The notes below the pieces were generated by a model, which saw nothing but the letters and a program-made list of their open reading frames with translations, made no database searches and had not been told where the DNA came from. 64,000 bases of DNA from contig JAAOMT010000590.1 of assembly GCA_016748015.1 (NCBI GenBank), positions 491,912 to 555,911 of the forward strand, written 5' to 3'. Below, in pieces: positions 25,975-37,673 of this stretch (position 1 is the stretch's first letter; each line of letters begins with the position of its first letter). The translations under genes were made by a program, and so were the position numbers. This DNA comes from Geosiphon pyriformis uo1. Taxonomy: Eukaryota > Fungi > Glomeromycota.

Positions 25975-27857
25975 GAATCAGACTAAGTAATTCAGACTAA
26001 ATACAACTCATGTACTTACTATATATAGCTAACCACTTAGGCCAAACAAAACAAAACAATATATTTATAAGAATTTTTACACTACTATTTAAGCCAAAAA
26101 AAAAACATGATCTATAACTGTTAAAACTAATTGTAAACAATTCAATAATACCAAAAAGTTTAACTATACTATTTGATATTTTAGTTATTAAATTACTAGC
26201 TAGATCAGACATCATACTGCTATTTCTTATAAAACCAGTTTTTTCTATCTCAGTTTTAAATTTAAATCTACTAAGCCAAATCATAAAATAATATTTCTTT
26301 ATCAATCAACTTATAAAACTAATAATTGTTACTAGAAATTTTTTTTTGGTCTCAAAAACTGTTAATGTTTTAACACACCAAGATTTTAGCACAAAATTTT
26401 TGCAAATCATAGTATACAAACTTATATTTAATAAATATCTAAATAGAATGTCCACTACAAAATTAAAAAAAAAAAACACAGACCCTAATCAATAATTTTC
26501 AAAGACCAGAGAACTTTAACTGTATTTTTTTATGATATTCAGCATTCTTAGCACAAGTAAAAACGTGATCTGAAAGTTCTACTTTATTATACAATAAACA
26601 CAATACATTTGGATATTTCTTATTATATAATTTTTTTTTAATTACTATTAGCAAGCACTTATGTACAGCTTTTATTAAGTATGTATACAAATTAGCAAAA
26701 TTTCTGCTAGTAAATTCAGACAACATATGTTGATCAGAATGTTATATTTTCACAATAGACAGCCAATTTATGTCTTCAATTAAATTGCTTGGCACCACTT
26801 TACAACTAAAACCAACTTCTTATCAAGCATAACAAATAAAATAGTACACATTATAAATAAAGTATTGGGCATTGCCAGAAACAGTTGTGTTATTAGCCAC
26901 AATATAATGTTCATGTATTTTACTTAGCAGAAACAAGAAAGAACCAGCAGCTTCACTTGCAATCTAATTTGTCTTTTTATTGTCTAGAATTTTTAAATAA
27001 CTCTTGATCTTTATTTATTTGAACAAAAGATTCTTATTTTTTAGCAAATTTGCAATATGCCTCTTTTCTATTTAACAGCAGTTACAAAAGTCAGATACCA
27101 CAAAGTTTTTCTTAGCAACACAAGCATTAATAGCTCTCTGGCTATCCAAATACAAAATTATTGTATAAAACAAAAAGACATACTTCAAAGACAAAGCAAC
27201 AGTCTGTAATTCAACCAAAATTAACAATAAAAAACCACTTATTCCAACTCCAATGCTCATATTTACAGCTAGAAAATACACAACAGTTTTATTAATAACA
27301 TTAGCAAAACTCATGTTTTTTAAAAAATCATCTGTATATACTTTAATAACCCCAAACTAAATTTTATGCAAGCATTCACATACATTAAAAAATTTGTTAA
27401 AGTTCAGAACACTAAAACTATATAACACACTAGTATAAGCAGAACTAACTGATGATGTCTCAATATTACACAAAAACTTTGATGTCAACTTAAACCAAAA
27501 TAACACAGAGCTTTTAAAATTCAATCTTTTTTAACAACAAAATGTTTTCCAATCCATTACACAACTTTTTTTGTCCAAAAGCCTATTACTAAATACCACC
27601 TCAAATTTTTTTAAAAAACAAACCAAATTGTAATATTAAGACTTTTTTAAAATGTCAGACATCAAAAATCTTTTAGAATCATAAAACATGCTAAGCAAAT
27701 TGTTATTTAGAAACAAACTATTGGCCAAAAAATTCTTATTATTTTAGCTAAAAAATTATTAAAAGAACTGATACACAATTTTACAGAACATTACAAAAAA
27801 TTTAAAAAAGTTCAGTCCAAAATTTGTAAGTTCAAAAGTCTGTGACAAAACAACTAC
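25975..27857 (-). mobile_element. 3' portion of a LINE-like element relic (RNase H, C-terminal Cys/His motif, 3' end)
   Basis: YTDD...VELQTVALSL...YLDSQRAINAC (RNase H); CLLYNKVELSDHVFTC. 3' end resembles 43560-43630. Confidence 0.7.
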
Positions 27858-29613
27858 TGTTATAAATAATTATTTGGGACATTAGAACAAATAACAAATT
27901 CATAATTTGGTATTCAATAGTTGTTAATAATGATGATTTCTGAAGGTTTTGAAGTTTGAAAGTTTTGGTTAAGTTTTTTGTATAATAAAAAAAAATTTAA
28001 TTAATGAGTTTTTTTTATGAATTTTTTTTTTAGCATAATGGCCAGTTTATTCTAACAGTTGTGTTTTTCTGGTAAGCTATCTTTAAGTTTGTTTCTACTC
28101 TTGTTTTACAGATCTTTTATCAAACTATTTTTAATATTAATTACTTAGAAATTAATTCCTTAATCAATTAATAAACAATAAAGAAAACAAAATAAAATAA
28201 AAAATTAATATCCCATCAATAGCCATAATCAAGAGCTATTGGTCTAATGTGGTTAAGTATTAAATTTATTAATATAGAGTGTTTGATAATATGAAATTAA
28301 TTAATATTTCTTAATTAAGTAATAAAAATATAGATTTGAATAATAATAGATGTTTTATTAATATGTATATAATTTTATTTTAAGTTATAAAAAACTATCT
28401 TTTAAAAAAAAAAGTTGTAAATAATTATTTATTATTAGCTAATGTTTTGTCTACTAATTGTTCTTTTTTTGCTTTTAATACTTTTGCTATATATACATAA
28501 TTTGTATTATACAAGATTTTTTGAAATTTTTCAATTTTTTAAAATAAATTCTAGAATTCCGAAATTCTAAAATCCTGTAATTCTTTAAGAAAAATCTTAA
28601 AATTCTTTTTTTTATTATATTTCTTTCTTATTGGTTATTTTTTTATCTATTATAATTCTTATTTGTATAAATAATAATATATTTTTTTTTAATATTGAGC
28701 TCTATTAAAATCTTCCAAATTTCTTAACTTTTCTAAATTTATATTGATATACAAATAAGATTTCAATCTAATGGCAGTTTTTTTTGGATATTTAAGATTA
28801 AACTTTGTATTAGTATTATATATGTGTTTTGACATAATATTTTTATTATTATTGTTAAACCATTTAAGTTCTTGTTTCTTTGAAAGATTTTAAAATACAA
28901 TATATTGTTTAGAGTTAAAATTGGGATTTAAATTATTGTTGCTACTGTTGCTATTATAAACAATATTAAAATTATTGTTGTTATTATTGTTAAAATCTAA
29001 ATTGGAATTAGTTTTGATTCTGATTTCAAAATATAATTGCTAATTAATTCTTTTTCTTTAGAGATTAAATAAATTATGCATAATAATAGATTGTAAATGA
29101 GATTACAATTGTTACAATATTTGAAGTTATTAAGAATTAGACAATATTTACAGAGTTTAGTATTTAATTATTTTAAATATTGCTCTTGTTTTTTTAAGTA
29201 AGTGCTAAATCTTGATAATGTTTATAAAATTTTTTTGAATTGCTTAAGATATCAATAAAAATATCTGGGTTTGAAATTAGAATAGTTTTAATAAGTTGTT
29301 TTTAATTATTAATATTTTATTAAATAAAATGTCTTTGATTTTAGTACTTGCTATTTGTCAGATTTTGTTTTTGTTGTATAAGTAACTGTCTAAATATAAG
29401 AGTGCTCAGTTTTACATAGTATTAAAAGACATTTTTCTGTTTATCTAGTTGCTTATAAAAATTATGTATTGGTATAATGTGTTATATATTTTTTTATAAC
29501 CAAGAATGTTATTCCATATTATTTTATTAAGTAGTGTTTTTTTGCAAGCAAAACATAGTTTGTTGTTATACTTTTTTTGTCATTTTGAATAACCAAAGCA
29601 TTTTTGATAATAT
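27858..29613 (-). mobile_element. Element E: heavily AT-shifted, internally deleted Gypsy relic (3' LTR about 27858-28676, PPT, ORF3 end fused to a dUTPase/Cys-rich remnant)
   Basis: LTR similar to the A and B LTRs; GAGCTC motif at about 28697; 28770-29600 aligns by eye to the dUTPase/Cys-rich region of A and B. Confidence 0.7.
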
Positions 29614-30515
29614 TGTTACGGGTTGGAATAACAAGCTAATGGATAGTAAGGAAGAACAAAATTGTAAGGTAATGGAAATAATCAAAGGGGATTCAACTTC
29701 AAAGAGTGAATTGAATGAATAAGGATTCAATGTGCGAGATCAGTCTTATAAAATATCTCAGTCATTATTTTTTTCAAGAATAACCAAGGAATCTGAAGGT
29801 AGAGGGATAGTCTGTACTGTCAACAATTGATCACCACTAGTATTAATTCTATGCCTTCACTTTGGCACTCTTAGAATTTAATATCAGGTATCAACTTGTG
29901 CTCTTCAGTCATGTTTATACAAATAGTCTTCAAATACTACAATTATTCAAACAGAAAAAGGCCAATAAGTAATCTTTTATCCTAAGATGTTCAGATACTT
30001 GAAGATAAAGAAAAAGAAATTAGTGATAAGAGAGTGATTGAGATGAAATTGTTATTTTATTTATTTGATTCTTGTTTGAGATATGATTTTCTACAGCTAA
30101 GAGACTCATCACTTATATATCTGTTGAAAGTGGTCAATGACCAGGTCAATGATCAGGTTAATGATCAGGTCAACGGTCAGGTCATTAATTAGGTCAATAA
30201 TCACTATCTAAAAATAGAGTGGCTAATTATATGACATCAGTGGCTAATACATGTGATAACTAATAAAAATTATGGGTTTCAATCATAACATTATTCTTTT
30301 CAAAAAGATTGAGCTTTGGCAAAATCAAGCTATTTATAGGGTATTCTAATTGAAGGGTTTTGTCTAACTCAAAACTAACTAGTTTGTTGAAATCTTTTGT
30401 GGATAGAGTGTATAGTACTTGAGACAAAATAAGCTTTGTATCCAAGAGACCAAATCTTTGTATAAGAGTTTTGGCTCTTCTTGCAATGATCAAAACTCTT
30501 GGGACATCTAAATGT
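29614..30515 (-). mobile_element. Element F fragment: 3' LTR (29614-30290), PPT and ORF3 C-terminus, cut by element D
   Basis: TG...CA ends; 12-bp repeats GGTCAATGATCA at 30132-30199; PPT 30291-30305; ORF 30260-30493 ARRAKTLIQRF...LYTLSTKDFNKLV. Confidence 0.75.
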
Positions 30516-31364
30516 TGTTACTCATAGAAATATAGGAAATATATTAACATAATTATTAGCCAATCAGAAGTAGGCATAGTAAATGTGCAATTCCAGGATT
30601 CCAGGAATTTCAGGATTCTCCAACGAGGAATTGCAGGATTCCAGAATTCCAGGATTTCTCTCAAAAGAATTGCAGGATTCTAGGAATTCCAGAATTCCTG
30701 TCATGAAAAATCGAGGAATTGAGGAATTTCAATTATGTATATATAGCAACAGGTTTAGAAGCTGAAAAGACAAACCTCTCAGTTTAAATTTGATTTAAGC
30801 AATTTTCTAGTTCCCAATTATCAAATAAATAATTATTTTATATCTCAATTCATTCTCCACTATCAACACTTCATGTTGATAGTAATTGATACTTAACCAC
30901 ACTGGAACAATAGTTCTTGATTATGGCTATTAATGGAATATTAACTTACCAAATTGCCTTGGCTTATTTTCATCATTGTTATTTTTTTTATTTTATTTCT
31001 TTCTTTTTTTGATTTTGTTGTGCATACTAATTGATTGAGGATTAAAAGCACTGAGTTATTGACATCATGGATAGCCTGGTAAAAGACCCAGAAATAAGAG
31101 TAGATTTATATATATTATCAGTTAGCTTACCAGAAGGGCATGACTGCCAGAATAAATCTGGCCATCAAGCTGAGAAAAAAATTGGGAAACAACTGACAAC
31201 AAACAACAAATCACCACACTATTGAATCTCTGTCTATTATACAAAGAACTCCATCAAAACTTTCAGATACAATACTTTTAGAATATCATTGACAGAAATA
31301 GCTTTTGAGTACCAAGTTATGGGTTTGTTATTTGACTTGAGACTCCAAATATTCAACTGTAACA
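30516..31364 (+). repeat. 5' LTR of element D
   Basis: TGTTAC...GTAACA; CCAAT near 30560; TTCCAGGA(A/T)T repeats 30588-30700; TATATATA near 30739. Confidence 0.95.
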
Positions 31365-31426
31365 TTTGGTGCTCCCTGTGAGGTATAATCCTACAAAGAA
31401 CCAGCACCAACAACACCAAACCAAAA

Positions 31427-34400
31427 GTGGCAGAATCAGAAATAATAGAGACAAACCATTTAGAATTTGTGAAATCCTTATTTCAACAGTACAGCCAGCA
31501 GCTAGGCCTAAACAACAACTATTACCCAGCAGAATCAGCTTTCAACTTCTACATTAATGAAAGAATCACAGATTTTCTAGGAAAACCAGTTGACATTGAA
31601 TCAGCAAGAGAAAATTTCTATTTGGAACTAATCCAACACACCAACTTACCAAGAAATCACAGCTTTGCACTCATCATCAGAGAAATCAACCAAGAAATTA
31701 AAAAATATACACAAAAGACATTCCCTATTACTTATCAGGACAAAGACAAAGAAAAACTACAGATACCAGCAGTAACATCCAATGAATACAAATTCCTAAC
31801 TGGAAGAAACAAAGAATTGAATCTCCAATATATCCATCATACTATTACATGTCCAGAAGTACCATCAACATTACATCAGCAGATGTGTCCACCAGTACAA
31901 AGATGTCGCTAGCAAAAATCATATTTCAGAGTAAACAAAAAAAAACAAACTATTAGGAGCATATGGAGATTATTTTGAAGGATTTAAATCAAGATTGCCA
32001 ACACCATCAGGATTTCAATCACCGCTTCATCAGCCAGATTTCAGAACCATCAGTTCTTGGAAAATTACTGAATCAGAAGAAAAAGAAGACGAGGATCAAG
32101 AATTTAATTACCAAAACCTGATCCTAGAAAACCCGAACATTCAAACTCAGTAATATTTAGAAAATTCAGAAATCGAAACTCCGAATATTTGAACTCTGCC
32201 AAATCAAAGAAATCAAAACCCCGAGTTAATTCATCAACAAAACCTACCTCCAGTTATCATCATTGATTAACCACCAATTGAGCCAATTAGTGAGCCAATT
32301 TAACCACCTCAAGTATCACCCTAACAACCATTACCTCTTTAACAACCACTTCAATAGCCACCACAACCATCCAACTTAGATCCAATGGCCTACGCACCAA
32401 TTGCAAAACTTGACAACTTTACCAGTGAAGAGGATGATGCTCAAGTATGACTGAATGATGTAGAAAAGGCCATCGCAGCCAACAGATAGAATGACGTCTG
32501 AACAATGCAAGCCATTTCCTACTTTCTTAAGAATACCGCTAATTCATGGTACCAGAGCTTGATTAATAAACCACAAGATTTTAATGCCTTCAAAGTAGAA
32601 TTCCTAAGATATTTCAGCAACAATAACAGCATCAATTGCTTAGTCAACACATTTACCATTATGAAACAAGAAGAAACTGAAACAGTTACCACTTACCTGG
32701 AACGCTTCCATCAAAATCTGTGCCAAATTCAAGCAATTGATGCCAACTATTTCACAGCACCACAGATCCTCAACCAGTTTATCCATGGCCTGTGCAATAG
32801 CATTTTACAACATATATGTCTGTTACATCCAGGCATACTTCAAGATGCAGTCATACATGCCAGAAATTTTAAATCTGCTGAGTCAGAGACCAATCATGCC
32901 CAAACCATTAATCTAGTAATAAATAGATCATCTGAATTGGATTCCAAATTGGAGAAGTTCAGTGAATCAATTAATAAGAGATTAAAAGGATACTTAGCTG
33001 ACAATCATGCCATTTATCAGCCTCCACAACGATGTAATAATCAAGAAAACTCTAATTGTGGCCAAAATCAACCACATCCATCTTCATCAAACAATCAACA
33101 GTGGCAACAAGAAACATGTATCTGCCACTATTGTGGTAAACAAGGACATATTTAAATTAACTGCTGCCAGTGTTTAAATAACCAATGATCGGGAAATCAA
33201 TATCGAAACCCCAATTGCCAGTTCTCAACTCCGAATCATCAATCAAACACCACACAGTATCAACACTTATCTCATTATGCACCAATAACACAGCAATTAA
33301 TTTATCAACTACCAGTATATCAAGCCCCAATTTATCAGCCACAGCCACAGGTAATATATCAACTGCAACTGCCAACAATCTATCAACCCCAAATGATTCA
33401 GACCCCGTCACAAAACTTACCAGCCAGTAGAGTTCAAAGACCAAGAATTACACAGCAAAACTGGAGATTGTCGATGGTAGTTCATCAGCCAATCCCCAGC
33501 TCCTCCAGTCAAACAAAATCTTGTCAATGGAATTCAGGTGCTGGTCATTCCCAAAACCCAAATTCCCAGGACTATTTAAGTCTCCTGGTTACCCCAGAAG
33601 ACATCTCACCCAGCAACCAGGAACTCACCCAAAAACAACAAATACTTACCAGCAATATTCTGCCATCAACAGTCATCAACGACAAATCACTAGCTGTTAT
33701 CTTTCCATTCGAGATCAAAGAGCCGTCAAGTACCCCATTATTTAATGGAGCCACTCTCAATAAAAAACCCATCACTGCGATGTACACAGATGCTAAAGTT
33801 GATGGTCAATCCATCAAATTGATCCTTGATAGCAGTTCAGCAGGCAGTATCATCACATGACAACTCATAGACCAATTAGATCACCGAGTTAATTGAGCTG
33901 CCAGCGCCAGAATTATCACAGCTAATGGAACAACCAAAACTCCAATTGGCAAAACCAATAACTTCCCTTTCAAAGTCAACAGCATTATGACTCTTATTAA
34001 AGTTTTAGTGATGGAAGCCACTCAATACTAAGCTCTAGTTGGTAATGACTGGCTGTCCAAAGTCAACACGATGTTAGACTGGAACACCAAAGAACTCCAG
34101 CTAACATATCAGGACCAACACATATGTGTACCAGCCATGTATGGTCATTTTAAAACTTCTCCAAGAGAGAAACTATTGATCAAACTGGAGGAGAAGAAAA
34201 AGAAATCTATCTGGAAAGCTTACCAAGTCTCCTGGGCTGATGCCAACCACAATGAACTACTACCAATACTTTCATAGAACAACAACCCCAAGGGAAAGCA
34301 AAAAGAGGAACTGATCTGGGAGACAGACAATTTGACCTGGACTGACAATGAACAAGAAGAACCATTGAGTTGGGAGTGGAAAGAAGAAAAGAGAAAAAGG

Positions 34401-37400
34401 AAAGAGAGGGAGAAAGAAAACACTCAAGCCAACAACACTTATATTCCATACACCTATGATCAACAACAATCATTGATCTATTGCCAATCCAAACTAATAT
34501 GTGTTGATTGTGGCAAGAAATTGTTGTCAATGGGTGCATGCTGTGGTGACAACAAAGAATATCAGACAGCAACCAAGTTCTATTGCCATGCATGCCTTGT
34601 AAAACATTTTAGAAGACCAAAACAAGTGAGAAAATAGGATAATACACTATGTTTAGTCTGTGGAGAAACTCTTTTCAATGAAGGAATGTGGAACAATATT
34701 CCTGGAAGAGGAGGAATGTGCGACATTTCCTGCCAATACACAATCCTCATCAGCAACTGGATCGAGAAAGGGACACCAATAGAAGCCACCTGGAGAAGAG
34801 CTGTACAGTGATTAAACAGTTGTCCACATAACGACAATAAATTATGGCAAATGGCAATTGCCAAAATTGAAGGCACGTCATCAGAAGAAATCAGGACAAT
34901 TAAAAACAACCCACCAGAACCCATCGAGCTTGACTGAGACGTAAAGCCAGTCATAAATTTTCTGAAACCAGAAAAGTTCTATGAACACTACCAAAACTTG
35001 GCACTCACTAGAGAGAAGCAAGAACAACAGCTAGCACAGTTGAATATAAGACTGTGTCGCCATTGTTTAATTTCCAGTGACTTTGAATATTGTGACAATT
35101 GTAACCTTATTTACAATCCACCACCACACATAATCTACATGATCTCCAAAGAGGAAAAACCAATTAGCAGCTGCACATCAGAGTCGGAATCACTGTTTGA
35201 TCCCAATTTAAACTCTAACAACAATGATAACGAGAATAATGATTCCAGCTCCATTTAAAATAGCAATGACTTCAACTCAGATTTAAACCCCAATTCAAAC
35301 TGTGAACAATATATCGTACTTCCTGATCTCTCCAAAGAACAAGAGCTCAAATGGTTTAGTCATAATGGTAAAAGTATTATGCCAGAATGCACGCATGATA
35401 CAGATGCAGGGTTTGATCTAAGATATCCAGGAAAAAATGTTATCAAATTGAAACCAAATACACAAGTATGCATTAATTTGAAAATAGCTCTGGAGATTCT
35501 AGCAACAACCATGGTTCTTTTAGCATCTAGGAGTAGTTTAGCAAAGAAGGGGATTAATATTAAAGGGGGAATAATAGATGCAGAATATACAGGAAATATT
35601 AGCGCCATGCTACAAAATGATTTAGAAAAAGCCTATACAATTGAGCCAAATAAAAAGATAGCACAGGCCATATTCCTGCTATTAGTCAAAATAGCCAGCT
35701 TAGTAAAAGTGGAAACAAGGAAGGAATTGAGAATAACAGCAAAAGGGATACAGGGATTTGAGTCAACAGGTAGAATAGAAATATCAGTTAATATGGCAGA
35801 GGAAGAAATTGTTGGCCAAGAAGAAATTATCTCAGCCAGTCAAGCTATTTCCATTCCACCATATAGCCAGTACATGCTAGCAATAGAAAAGAAAGAAAAG
35901 AAGGAAAAGAAGCAAAAACAGATTTTTGAAGCTGAAGCAAACTTTTGTGAATCAGGAGATATTGGACTGATCAATCTCCACATACCAGCCAAAAGCTATA
36001 GCCACATAAAAATTCCCATCTACAACAACACTGGCAAAGTCATCAACATATCAGAAAGAACCACCATCGGATATTTAACCACAGAAATAGAAGACCAACC
36101 ACCAAACCTCATTCCAGACTTTCCACAACTTTGTGGATATGTCGACATCACATCACAAACAATTTATGGACAGGATGAATGTTATTTGCTTTAACTAAAA
36201 CAATTGGAACAAATAAACATGAGAAATCTAGACCCACTACAATGTATGCAGCTCAAGATGTTACTCAACAATTTCAATGACATCTTTGCCAGCAAAAACA
36301 AATTTGGCAGAACTAATATCATCCAACATTAAATTAAGACCAGAGATGCAATGCCAATCAAACAGCAAGCATACAGGGTACTACCAGCCAGCCATGAAAA
36401 TCATTCATTAAGAGATTAATTGAATGCTTGACAATGGGCTAATCCAGCTATTTATGAACCCATGGTCATTACCAGTAGTACTTGTTTGTAAGAAGAATGG
36501 AAAAATTTGTTTTGTGTAGATTACAGAAAACTCAATGGTGTAACTAGTGAAGACAGCTACCCGACTCCACAAATCCAGGAATTATTCGACGCTTTTGGTG
36601 AAAACAAATGGTTCTCAACATTAAACTTGAATAGTGATTACTGGCAAGTAGCCATGGATCCAGCCGATAAGGAGAAGACGGCATTTACTACTAGAGAAGA
36701 GAATTTCGAATTTAAAGTAATGCCCTTCGGCTTAACCAATGCACCAGCCACTTTCCAATGGTTAATGGAAATTGTTTATACTGGCTTATTGTGAAAATCA
36801 GTAGTTGTATACTTGGATGACACCAATGTATTCTCAAAAACATTTGATGATCATTTTCATCATCTTTAATAAGTGTTCAAAAGGCTAAGAAGAGCAGGAC
36901 TAAAGTTAAATGCAACAAAGTACTTCTTTGGCAAAACAGAACTAAAATTCTTGGAACACATAATTAGTAAAAACAGCATCAAAACAAATCCAGAGAAAAT
37001 AGAGATAGTAAAGAACTTTCCAGTACCAACCAATGTGACTGAATTGAAATCATTCTTGGGATTCGCAAGCTATTATTGACACTTTATAAAAAACTTTTCA
37101 AAGATAGCTTAACCACTCAATAATCTGCAAACCAAAAATACCAAATATGAATGAACAGAAAGTCAACAAAAAGCTTTTGATATTCTGAAAAGAAAGTTCA
37201 TTCAAGCTCCAGTACTGATCTATTCAGATCACAACAAACCATTCATCATTACTACCAATACATTAGGCCAAACATTGGAAGCAGTACTATCTCAGAAGAG
37301 ATCAAATGGCAGAGAACATTCAGTAGCATATGTCAGCTAAGGTCTAACACCAGCCGAAAAGAACTATGGAACACCAGAACTAAAACATTTAGCAATCTAT

Positions 37401-37613
37401 TGGGCAGTCATGAAGTGGAATGAATACTTGAGCCAAAAGTTTGATATATACACAGATTATAAAGGGTTAACATCACTTTAAAAGCAAGAATTTGATAATG
37501 GCCACCAATCCAGATGGAAAATGGCACTATCATGATATACTTATACTATACACTATAAGAAAGGAAAAGACAATGGAAATGCTGATGGTTTGTTACGAAT
37601 AAAACAAATCTAA
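31427..37613 (+). pseudogene. Element D gag-pol (Gag, CCHC, PR, Cys-rich region, dUTPase, RT, RNase H)
   Basis: CHYCGKQGHI*INC; LILDSSSAGSII; DAGFDL, SRSSLA, GGIIDAEYTGNI, KIAQ, GFESTG (35379-35770); YLDD. Ends NADGLLRIKQI*. Gag and PR are in one frame. Confidence 0.93.
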
Positions 37614-37673
37614 GAACATTTTAACCCAAAAATATAACAAAACCAGAACAATACCAACAAAAAATAACAAAAG

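Noticed and set aside
30588-30700. Short repeats resembling a CRISPR array or satellite
   Set aside because: No unique spacers, eukaryotic context, and they lie within LTR U3.
31068-31426. ATG inside the LTR (MDSLVKDPEIR...) in frame with gag
   Set aside because: Interrupted by two TGA codons, one fixed in the PBS of A, B and D, and the frame is not preserved in the B-type LTR.
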